The notes under the pieces: generated by a model
What the model was told of the DNA's origin: nothing
Seen by the model: the letters and a program-made list of their open reading frames with translations, nothing else
Databases searched by the model: none
Source of the DNA: Vicugna vicugna
Taxonomy: Eukaryota
Reading direction: 5' to 3'
Assembly: GCA_013265495.1 (NCBI GenBank)
Contig: MU058384.1
Location: 4,832,792 to 4,896,791 of the forward strand
Length of the DNA: 64,000 nt
Program-made: the position numbers and the translations under genes
Shown here: piece by piece, positions 13,200 to 24,260 of the stretch
How the letters are laid out: each line of letters opens with the position of its first letter
How positions within the stretch are numbered: position 1 is the stretch's first letter

Positions 13200-14705
13200 C
13201 AAGTAGGAAGCAGAGGGAAGGAAGATGGTGGGATCCAGATGCTGCACTGGCTTCAGGCTGGCACAGAGAAGTTTCCTGATGATTATGGACCCAGCAGATG
13301 CAGTGCTGGAGGAGAAAGTGCTCAAGTGTGGTTTATTCAACATAACTTAGCTCGTTGAGTGACTTAGGGCCATTAAGTATATCGATTTTTGGACTGCATC
13401 ATAGATAATGTTGCAAGGAGAATCTGCTGCTGGACAATACTGACTAATGTTCCACCAGCACACTGGATCCAAGAACCATCGAGAATTCTTCAGAGACAAG
13501 TGTAATAATGAAAACCTCTCAAAAGATAATGCAAAGAAGAATTCACCTAAATGTCTTATAACAGCCTGGTAGACTCTGCTTAAACCAAGAAATAGCATCT
13601 GGCAAGCACTGTCATGAAGAATGAAAAATGTGTCAGACAAAAGGAAGCTTGCCCATGGCACTTCCACCATGAATGTGCCCAAGCAACTCAGCAAGCTTTT
13701 TAGAAAGAGAAGGAGCTTTCTTCAAATGCATGAATAGTGGTCAAAGTGTGACCAAGTGGATTTTGTGGAACATTTCCCAGACCTGTCATTACCAACATGG
13801 GCACAGAAACACGTGTTTCTAAACTTCTGTCTGAAGAGTAAGAAAAATTGCTGAAAGATTTCACAACCACCTTGTCAGCTCAAGGTTTATATCATATTGA
13901 TGAGAATGTTCCATCATACCTAAGTGCCAGACCACCATGTGCAAAGAAGGGTACATTATGGAAGATACTTCTCAAGAGAATGATCAGAACACATTTTCTG
14001 TGACAAGACCTACTGGAAAAGAAGAAGATAGAAATAGTATTGATTCAAAGCAAACCTCTGCATGGGACTGTGTCTTCCAACACTAGGTGAGGAAAAGCTC
14101 CTGATGGAGCTTTATTTTACCCAAAAACAGTGAGATGACAATAAAATTTAATTGGAGATGGAGGTACATGAGTTTATACAGAATCCACTGCAAATTAAAA
14201 CAAGCAAATTCTGTGTATATACTATGATGCTCAGAAGAGAGAAAGTATCTTCAGATGAGAAGATAAGAACATATTGATAAACACACACACTAGAATACAA
14301 GCAGATTGTCATGAGCCACGTGGCTTTTGTCATGTGCCTTCAATGTGATGAGAGAATGGTCACACTGCTCTGCCAGCACGTAGGCTGTTGGCATGTGAAT
14401 CACACTGACTCTGCATTGTGTAGCACTTTGTGCCTAAATGTCAGTCATGGTATGATGGTGACAGAGCAAGACTGCTGGGGGGGTAGCTCTCCCCAGCCGT
14501 CACCCTCCTAAGGATGGCATTTGTGGAGTTTGGTAAGAGGGACATTGTTTCTACATCAGGAGATAGCATTGTAGGAGTGTGGAACACAGTGTTTTAAGCA
14601 AGTAAGGACCCAAAATGGATGCAAGTGAGGCATTGTCCATGTGCGGTACCTTTAAGAGGCTGGTAACACGTGAGTCATCTGATGCTATAAGGTTGTGAGA
14701 CTGTG
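13200..14705 (+). pseudogene. BTRC: BTRC (beta-TrCP1/FBXW1A) processed pseudogene, heavily decayed and 3'-truncated within the WD40 repeats
   Basis: ATG at 13285 gives MDPADAVLEEKVLK (BTRC: MDPAEAVLQEKALK), preceded by BTRC-like 5' UTR. Further colinear remnants: RLCLNQE (agactctgcttaaaccaagaa), HGTSTMNVPKQ, DQVDFVEH, CHYQHGH, F-box, NWR..RIHC and WD40 motifs to about 14700. No introns. Confidence 0.88.
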
Positions 14706-14707
14706 TT

Positions 14708-14949
14708 ATATGATGGTCTTCCAGAGTATCTGTAACAAAATACTATAGACTGGGTGGCTTAAACAACAGAAATTTGCTCACAGTTCCAGCGGCTGAAAGT
14801 TTAAGATCCAGTAGCCGGCCAGGTTGGTTTCTTTGAGGCCTCTCTCCTTGGTGTGCAGACGGCCACCTTCTCTCTGTGTCCTCAAATGGCCTTTTTCTCA
14901 GTGCGCGTGTGCTCTTGGTATCTCTTCCTCTTTTTATAGGGACCCCAGG
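14708..14949 (-). mobile_element. MLT1A/B-like LTR fragment
   Basis: gtaacaaaatactatagactgggtggcttaaacaacagaaattt...gaggcctctctccttgg...ggccaccttctctctgtgtcctca, homologous to the LTR at 52864-53244. Confidence 0.85.
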
Positions 14950-15249
14950 ATGAGGAACAGTGGGAACAAATCCCCACACAGTTTCTGAAACTGGGTTTCA
15001 GGTGTCGTGAAAGGGACATGGTGGACCCGCAGTGACCCTGGGGAGTTGGTCTTCTCAGCACAGCCAGCTGCTCGAGTACTGCTCGAGTCCAAAAACGTGT
15101 CTTATCTTTCGTTAGTGATTAGGGTCTCCTGTCCCTCCTTGCCTCTTTGCTTCTTCTTTCCTATGTTTGATCCTAGACAAAGATGACTTACAAGCGTATT
15201 TCATTTTGGGGAAAAATGAGAAAGCAAGAAGGAAAGAATGAGAAAAACA

Positions 15250-15435
15250 CAAGTTCTGATTCTACCACTTATTGGTTTCCTTGACTTTAGGCAAGTTACT
15301 TAATTTCTCTGTATATTATACTCCTTATTTATAAAATTGAGATAAGAGTCTATGCCCTCATGGGATTGTCATAAAATTAAGTAAGCAACTTACATAAGCA
15401 ACTAGCAAGGGACCCAGAACATGGCAGGCACTCAG
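15250..15435 (+). mobile_element. MIR SINE
   Basis: MIR core gactttaggcaagttacttaatttctctg...tataaaat...ggattgtc. Confidence 0.65.
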
Positions 15436-15849
15436 ATCATTTTAATTAGCCTTCCTCTTCTATGACAGTGCCTCCCAGGAGAATACAGGAGAAGAGGTTT
15501 AGAGAAGGAACAACAGAGGGAAAAGTTGAAAATTCCACTTTTACATAAGTGATTTGGCATCAATATACTGAGAGTTATAAGAGCTTTATAAACTTTAAAC
15601 AACATCCTGCAAGCATGTTGTAAATTAGGGACTGTGCTAAGCAGTACAGTAGGAATTGTGTCTTTCATTTGAATTAAATTATCATTATTGTCCTTGTATA
15701 GTGACAGCAGTTAATTCCAAATGTATCCATTAAAATTCCCTGGTTAATGTGTTGGTAAATATTCTAAATTAATTTAAAGTTACCACAAGATTGTTTTATG
15801 GACTGTGATGGAATTCCTTGTTTCCAGTTGCCCGTATTCTCAGTCTGAA

Positions 15850-16180
15850 CCTTTCAGCGTGCATGATCTGGCGCCTACTCACTCCTGAAGCCTGTTTCCT
15901 GCACTCTTCTCTCCAGGCTCTTACCTCCAATGCCAGGTTCCCACCATATTGAACTGTCTAGCATTTCTCTTCCCTGGACCCTCACACATGCAGTGCAGTC
16001 TGCCTGAGACACACTTTCCATCTCTCCTGGTGGCTATTTCCTGATTATCCTTCATTCTCCTACAAAGCCTAAGCAAGTTACCCCTTCTGGAAATGATCCT
16101 ATTCATTATTGTGTATTCAGGCCCTAGCACGGTACCAGGCAAATTAGGATTTCAGTAAATACTTGTTAAGTGAATGAATC
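15850..16180 (+). mobile_element. L2 3' fragment
   Basis: Ends cctagcacggtaccaggca...taaatacttgttaagtgaatgaat, a typical L2 tail. Confidence 0.65.
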
Positions 16181-17103
16181 AGTACTCAACCTAAATGCAG
16201 AACATTGAAATGATAATTTCCCATTACGTATGGAGTTCTATAACTTGTAAATTTTCAAATCTCATTTACATAGGGAAGAAGTTAGGAGTAGTTTATTCTT
16301 TAGTGTACATACTATGTCCTCCTTTATACACTGCATCACATCTAATGAGGTCTGGCTCTTTCTTGTAACTCTGAGGAATTTGTAAATGCCTTTGGAGTTA
16401 CTCATTTTGAATTCTGTTTTTCAAAAGGAAAATGTCAAATATAGTAACTACTATAATAAAATGGAGAAAGAGGATTCTCATAGAAAGGCGTTTCCTCTTA
16501 AAGTTGTATTATTTGAAAATAAGCTTACAAAGGTGTTTTAAAAGGTAGCAGAAGATTTGGATTATTGATGTAAAATACCAAAAAAAAAATGTTTGCATAG
16601 AAGTACACCTCAAAAAGAGACATTAACAGTAAGCCACAGTGATGACAATGAAATTATGTAATCAGGTTGTTGCACTGAATTTTTCCTTTTTGTAAAATTG
16701 TTGACATTCTAAAGAATTTTTTTTTTCAGATGCATCTGCATAGCAGAGGGAATGGGACCTAAAGGTAGTATAAAGCAATTCTAAGAAAATAAATAATGTG
16801 TGAACTTTTTTTAATTTGCTCCACAAGTAATTTACTTTGAAAAAAAATTAACATCTGCTATTTTGAAGCTAATCTTAGTGTATTGAATGTTCTTAACCAT
16901 TTCTCAATCCCACAGCCTTTTATCTTGCTTCTCCTGCTGTGTTCCCACCACCCCTGATCCCATTAGCAAACCTTGAGAAGGCCTCAGGCTCACCAAAGTA
17001 CTGCTTTGGTTTCAGCTGCTCTTCTGCAAGAGGAAGTGAATGTTGGGGGTTTTCTCTGTGGTACAGTTGTGATAAAGCTGTGGTGGTCTTATCTCTCTCT
17101 TAG

Positions 17104-17295
<192 letters not shown>

Positions 17296-20200
17296 TAATA
17301 TGGTGTAACTGATAGTCCAAGATTTTATCATTTTCTACACTTTAACTTACTGTCTTTGTAACTTTTGCATGTTTCCCAGTGGGTATTGCTTTTCATTCTC
17401 ATGATGCAAAAAAGTAAAAGAGGCACTGGAGCATTGGTACACACAAAAGCAATTACATTCTGAGATTGGAATATTTGCTTCATGGACTTTCCATCCCAGG
17501 GGACATGCCCGTCGCTACCACCTTTCTTTAGCGCCTCTTCCCAGCCACCTGCTTCATGCACTCTTCTGTCACCTCTCCTTTTGCTGCAGTGACTCCTCAG
17601 GTGCCTTAAGAAACTCTAAGCTCCCCAACTCTCATTTTTTCTACTTGTGTCCCCAGGCATAGCTGGTACCCGCTAAAAGAAAACTACATTAGACTGTTGC
17701 ATTCTCAAGTAAATTAAGCCCTCACTTGTGAAAGGAAAAGGAAAGGAGCTGGAGAAGAAATTCAAAATCCAAGTTTCTGAAAGCTGGAGATTTGCTACCA
17801 GGCCTAGAGAGATAATAGAACCAACACAGAGAGCTTGAAAATAAAATAGTTTAATGACTATGAAGAAAAGGGTGGAGTATAGCAGAGCCTTGCAGGAAAA
17901 GCACAACCCCCAGGGGTCATGAGAGCCGACTGCTAGGCCTGGTTTGACGGCTAATACCGATGTGCCTCAGTTTCCCCTATAAAACGAGGAAATTGAGCTC
18001 CGTCATCTCTAAGCCTTCTTCCAGAAACGCGGAAGTTGTACAGTTCTGATTTAAAGTGTAGTCGAGGCAGCCTTGAGAACACTCTGTGTTTTGAATGTTT
18101 AAGTCTTTTGTTTCTGCAAAGAAATTATTATACATCATAGTTGGCTTTCAGGCTAGTCTCTGAAACCCCATTTAACCCAAACTGTAGTTGAATAGAAGTA
18201 CTGTTGATTTCTAATCTAAGTTTTGAATTTTGAAGGGAAAAGAACTGAAGGAAATGAGGAAGGAAAATTTCTTTCATGAGTCCTGGCTGCTGGGCTAAAA
18301 TGTTTTCTCTTGGGCCCCCTTCCAGGGCCCTGTCTGCACCCAGCACTTCCCAGTGCTCCCTCCCCAAGAGCTCTTGAGTCTCACTGCGGCTCCTTCTCCA
18401 GCTTATCTGCTGCTTTCAGCAAACTCCTCCCCTTCAAAGAGCTCAGTGTCTGGAAAATTACCCACTTCTCTCTCTCATAGCAAAATTTATAATTTCCTCT
18501 GTGCCACTGTTTTAATTCTTTTTTCTGAGTAGTAAATTACTAATAGCACTTAAATGCTCTCTGAGGTATACATTTATGTTTAAAGGAGGATGCATGATGG
18601 AGAAAACTTAAGATAGTGTGGAAGGAAGAAATGTTTGGACAGGTTAACTTCCAGTCACCTCTCATAAACTCAGCACTTCTAACTTCCAGATCAGAAGATC
18701 TCTGATCTCCAAGTTGCTTCCCTCCCCTTCCCAGCGCCAGCTGTCCCAGAGGATCAGCAGCTGGATCAGCAGGGGTAGCTGCTGTTTTTAAATCAAGAGC
18801 TGCCTGCACGGTCTTAATCACTCTGGAGTGTATCAGTAATTGTAACTCGATGTTATAATCCGTTTCTTCCAAATACAAGTGGAAACATTTCAAATATTTT
18901 TTCACTTGACAGTATAAAAAGATTGTATTTCCAGGCAGAATGGTATTAGGTGCTCTAACTTTAGAATCTAGTTAGTTTGCAGAAATAACCTCTTAGGTTT
19001 ATAAATCTAGAGAGGCTATTGATATTTGATCCACAGGGGATTAAAGAGTCAACAAAATGTGGGTTTTTTCCACAGTAACCAAAGTGCAACTTCTGAAGCA
19101 TGCAGCAGCGATACTACTTGGTGGCTGCATGCAGAAATCAGTTCTGTTTCTCAGGGGCTGGCCATCTCTCAATTGCCATAATTCCTTACTGTATCCCAGA
19201 ATAATTGATGTTTTCTTTTGACATCAGTCACTGCATGTTGGAAAGCCTTGTAGAGGCCAGAACAAACAAAAAATTTTCAGAAAACCGAAGAATATAATGA
19301 TTGAATTCTCATTTCATCAGGGGTTCTTTTCCTTTTGTTTTAGACTACTTTTTACCTGAATTTAATAAAAACTCATCTCTGCATTTTTAACATTCGAGAA
19401 AAAAATGACTGTCAGCAGCATATTCCACTCTAAAAATAGTAGGAAAAAAATTGTCCTTTATCTGAAGCCAGATATGCAAAGCAAATGATCTAAGGGAGCG
19501 TGTGTGTATTTGTATGCATACATACATACATACATACATAATCTCTATTATCAACCCTTCAATTGAAAGCCATGTCCTCTCAGAGAACGACACAATAGAA
19601 GAAGTTGGTACTCTGTTATCACAAAGCACATTCCCTTTGTATCTTACACCACTGGAAAAAAAAACTTGATCAACTTCCGTTAATGACATTTAGCGTCCTT
19701 TCCAATAAGAGATAAACCCAGTAATAAAATCAACCCATACACAAAACCCATTAATATATCTCATAATTTTAGAATTTTTATCAGGTTTATTTTAGCATTT
19801 TCTCTCAGTTCAGTGTTGCCCAAGTCATTTAACCAAAGCAGGTTTCCTTTTTAGCCCTTTAAAATTCCCACACAAGTTTTTAGATTCAATACCATGTGTG
19901 GATTAAATAGATTATTTAGATTATAAGAATCTTAGCTCCAACACTGTGAATAGATTCTGTGTCATGTTTAGTGCCAGCCCCCTGCTTGTTTATTTCATAC
20001 CGTCTTTGCAAATTATCCACACCTCCACCTGGCAAAATCCTACCTATTTTTCAGTCTGACATACCTACCACTTTTTCCATTAAGCATTTGCCATCCCCAC
20101 ATCAGGATTTGTCTTTCTTTTATCTCTCTTTAGAATAATATCCCATTCTATTTCATATTACAGTTAACTGTGAACATATCTGTCTCTGACCGGATTGTAA

Positions 20201-20592
20201 GCTCCTTGAGAGCAGAGACTGTCTTTGATCATCTTATCTCCTCCAGCAGTACCTGACAGATAACCTTGCATATAGCAAGTTCTTGCTAAATTTGTATTAA
20301 GATAAAACGAAATAAGCATCTGCATGAACCACATACACAGTAAGTGAAAATGACACCTTGTACATTTCTGAAATCCTGCTGATGAAAACTTTCCAATAAT
20401 AACTTACGTTCTTTTGATAACGAATGTGTAAGACTACAAATCGCCTTAACGATAAGTGCTGGGTAGCTTATTATACACCAAGGAAGTGCATATCAGTGTC
20501 TCTGGTTTCATACCTGCCCCCCTCCAGTGTTGTGTTTCCACGTGGGACAGTGCTCCTCAGTTTGATGACCAGAATTCTCTGTTCGATTCCAG

Positions 20593-20693
20593 CACTCTAT
20601 CAAGAACTGCCTCCACAGGTAAAGGAGCGGTCCCCTCCTTTAACTCCTAAGGAAAAAGCCAAAATGGAAAAAACTTTTCCGGCTCCTCAAAAG
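20593..20693 (+). CDS. AHI1: AHI1 coding exon after SH3 (101 nt)
   Basis: ttccag|CA...AAG|gtaagg. Phase 1 start joins the previous exon (A+CA=Thr). Translates [34 protein letters not shown], similar to human [33 protein letters not shown]. Confidence 0.95.
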
Positions 20694-21424
20694 GTAAGGG
20701 TTTTCAAGGATATATATTACATATACTTTGATTTTCACTCTTTCTGGATAAAATATTACTTTATTTTTCATGCTTATATCCTTCATTGTTTACATTGTTT
20801 CTTTTAATACTGGCACCAACATTTATAATATATAAGGCAAATATTATTATAGCCATTTTCCAGATAAGGAAACTGAGGAGGCTCAGAGAGATTAAAGTAG
20901 ATCCCCAGCCTCAGCCCAAGTGTTGGGACGAGAACCCAAAGTGGAACTTGGTGACTTTAAGTGTGACACTATTTCTCCTCTACATATGTTTCTGTAGCTG
21001 TGAGACTGACCCCATCATCAGCCCCACCTGAGGGGTACATGTTTCTACTAAAAATCGCTGAAGCCCACAGAATAAAGATGCTTTATCTTCCTGGAGCATT
21101 CGTCTCACTTGCTAGTTATTTTAAAAATTTTCAGCTTAAAATAAATATGGATATATTATCAGCCAGAGAAATGTCATGTTTTTTCAGCTGTGCCATCAGC
21201 TCCCTCAGGGATATGTTCTGATGTTGGTAGTGTTTTGGCAGAAAAGTTTAATAGGCACTGTGCCATCATATATAGGACTTACAACGTATTATGTGACATC
21301 AGTGCTTCCCTTAGACCGAGTAACTTCGCTTCTGTATGAGTCCATGAACTGGCTGGCATATATATACATTTTTTTAAACAAACATCATGCCATGATGGAA
21401 TTTTTGACAGCTGAGCCTGTCATG

Positions 21425-22720
21425 TATCGTTCAGCCATTCAGCCTGTGTTTGTTGAGTGCTTCCTTTGTATGAGTCTTCACTGAGACAAGATCGAATGGG
21501 CAAGACACTTGAGGAGCCTACAGACTGGTGGGTGAGAACACCGGCCAGCAGGCGATTCCAGCAGACTCTGGTAGGAACTGAAAGGAAAATCTGGGCAGGA
21601 TTCTTTGGGCACTGACAGGAAGAAACCCTCTACATCTGCCCTTGGGGGGGTCCAGGAAGAGTTCCCAGAGGAGGTCAGGCTTCAGCCGAGGCTTACAGGG
21701 TGGAAAAGTATGTGCTAGGTAGATGATCTTAGGAAAAAAATTCTAGCAGAGGGAGTAATTTGAGTAAGGCATGGTATGGAATGGTTGTGTTTGGGGAGCA
21801 CAGGGTCTGAGGGAGAGAAGAGCAGGAGAAATGGGGGAGCAGGCCTGGTGTACTCTGCTAAGGTGCTTAGATGGTGTCCTTCAGACAGAGAGGAGCCCCT
21901 GGAGAAGGTAATTCAGGGGGTGACAGGTACAGCTTTCCAGGATAAAAGTACCGTTCTGGTGGCAGCATAGCACTTGGGTTAGAGACAGCTGAGGCCTAGG
22001 GCAGGGAAATTGGTTAGGAATCAATTTCCTAACCAATTTTAAAAGTATAAAAGCCTGAAGTAGTGGGGGGGGCAGTCATAACGTATAATTGACAGGATTT
22101 TATGATTGATGGGATGTGATTAGTGAAGTTGGAATCTAGAATTGTGCCAAAGGCCCTGGCTTATTATACAACTGAATGGATAGTGGTATCACAGAAATAA
22201 TAAAAGAATAAGGAAGATTTGGGGAAATAGAGACAAGGAATGGTGTGAGTGGGATGTGATGAGTTGTTTTAGATACCTTGATTTGTCAGTAGTGTCTGCA
22301 ATGCTCCCAGGTAGAAATACTCCCCAGGGAGCTAGGAATGCAGGATTGGAATTTGAGGGAAGAGCTTCACAGTAAAATGGAGAGGAGTTAGAGTATCCAT
22401 GTATTATATCAGGAGAGTTGAAACTTGTAATGAAGGAGGCAGCACAGGAGAAAAGGGTTCTGAGAGGAGGTGGCCAAGGACAGAATCCGGTTGACCATGA
22501 ACTAGTATTTAAGGGACAGTCAGATAAAGAGAAGAAAATTAAGAAAGAATAATCAAAGGAGAAGGAAAGAACCAGAAAACAAAACAAAACAAACAAAAAG
22601 CAATGGCCTGGAAGCTAGGGAAAAAGAAAAGTTCAAGGAGGGTACAGTCAAGAGTGCCAGAAACAGCCAGTCAGTTCAGCTGTCTAAGCATTTGGCTGGC
22701 AGGAGGACCCTGGCCCCTCT
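21425..22720 (-). mobile_element. L2 LINE fragments
   Basis: Starts cattcagcc..tgttgagtgc (L2 tail reversed) and continues with purine-rich antisense L2 motifs. Confidence 0.7.
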
Positions 22721-23049
22721 GCACTGGTATCAGGGATGGTACTAATATGACAAGGATTGAAAAGCAGAATGGGCCTCAGCAAGTGAACTCGTGGAAGCCA
22801 TTCCCAGAGCTCAAGGAAAAAACAAAGAAAAAAACTCAAAGGAAAAAACAAGTCAAGCAGTGGCTGGAGACCTAGCTCTAGGAATGACTTTTTAAACACT
22901 GGAATGACGTATAGAATTATACACTAAGGAATCAAAGCCAGTGGACAGGTTCAGGCTGAAGATAGATTAAGAAAGCAGACACGGACCTTGGAGGAAGCAG
23001 GAGGTTTTTCGGGGAAAGACAGGTTGATAGACTTAGTCTTGGCTTAGAG

Positions 23050-23235
23050 CCTTGGTTCTCTACTGAGGGTGATGATTCTGCCTTCCAGGAGACATATGAC
23101 AATGCCTGGAGATATTTTTGAAGACATCTGCAAGGCAAGGGGTACTAATGGCATCTAGTGGGTAGAGGTCACAGATGTTGCTAAACATTGTATAAGGCAC
23201 AGGATAGCTCCATTCAACAAAGGACTGGATCATCT
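23050..23235. mobile_element. MER20-like DNA transposon
   Basis: ggttctc...gacaatgcctggagatattttt...ggcatctagtgggtagagg...gctaaacat. Confidence 0.75.
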
Positions 23236-24084
23236 GGCTGTGCTGAGCTTAGTGCATTACTCCTCTGAACAGATAAAGATGCAGGTAAGCTTAAAGCATG
23301 GAAGCCTAGAAAATAAGGCTGTTTTCATGTTCTCCAAAACAGAAAGGAAGGCCCACTTCAAATGTGAGTGTCAGAGGAGTGAAGTAGGAAGAAGAGTAGT
23401 GGAGGTTAGAATACCTGTGAGGACAGCAGGAGCTCACTGGGGACAGGTGAAGAGATTCCTGAGCAGTTCTGGAAACTGCTGTTTGGACACCATAAAAATC
23501 CAGGTGGCGTCATTCTGTGCAGTTGGATTTTTTCTTCAATGGGGCTCAGCCTCTAGGGCGTAGCAGTGATGAGGGCAGATCTGGTTTGATGCACCACTGG
23601 AGTTGTTGTGGGTGTGACAGAGAACAAGAGGCTAAGAGACTTGATAGCATTGGTCAGAGAGGCCCTAGAGTGACACACCAAGGAGGATCAGCCCAATTGG
23701 AAAGGACGGGAATCAGGGGAGGACTTAGAAAGCAAGGTTCTCTGCCAGGTTGCAGCAGGCCACCCATGCCCCAGTGGCAGCATAGGGTCAAGCAAGTAAA
23801 AGGGTTAACAAGCTGGAACTGTGGCCTGTAAATACAAAAACTCTTTTGTTTAGTTGCTGTATCAGATGTCAGGCAGCTCAAGGTTATGATAAATTCACAG
23901 AGTTGTGTAAGAGCTGAAGTGAAATCAAAGAACACGTTACTAGAATTGAGCTGGCCAAGGAGTTAGGACCCAGGGTACTGGGCGGATTGTCCTGTTGGAC
24001 ATTCAAATTCTGGGATGTTTGCAGGAGTTGGCATGAAGAGGACACGAATGATCCAGGAGCTGAAGTCCTTAATTCTTATGTTGG

Positions 24085-24260
24085 AGCAGATGTCTCAACC
24101 TTGGCTTCACATTGAAATCACCTGAGAACTTAAAAAAATAAATGCCTGTCCCCACACCCACAAACTGATTTAATAGGTCTGGAATGGAACCTTGGCGTGG
24201 GTAGGTTTCTGAAGCTTTCCAGGTGATTTTAATGCACAGCTAACATCGAGAACCATTGTG
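24085..24260. mobile_element. MER5-like DNA transposon
   Basis: tctcaaccttggct..acattgaaatcacctg...ccaggtgattttaatgcacagc...gagaacca. Confidence 0.7.

Noticed and set aside
14950..15060. Possible resumption of BTRC after the second MLT1 (gatgaggaa, tggaccc, gaccct..ggag)
   Set aside because: Only short scattered matches that cannot be told from chance by eye.
16730..16764. Possible 35-nt cryptic exon (T-tract cag|ATG...AAAG|gtagta)
   Set aside because: Weak donor, frameshifting length and no AHI1 similarity.
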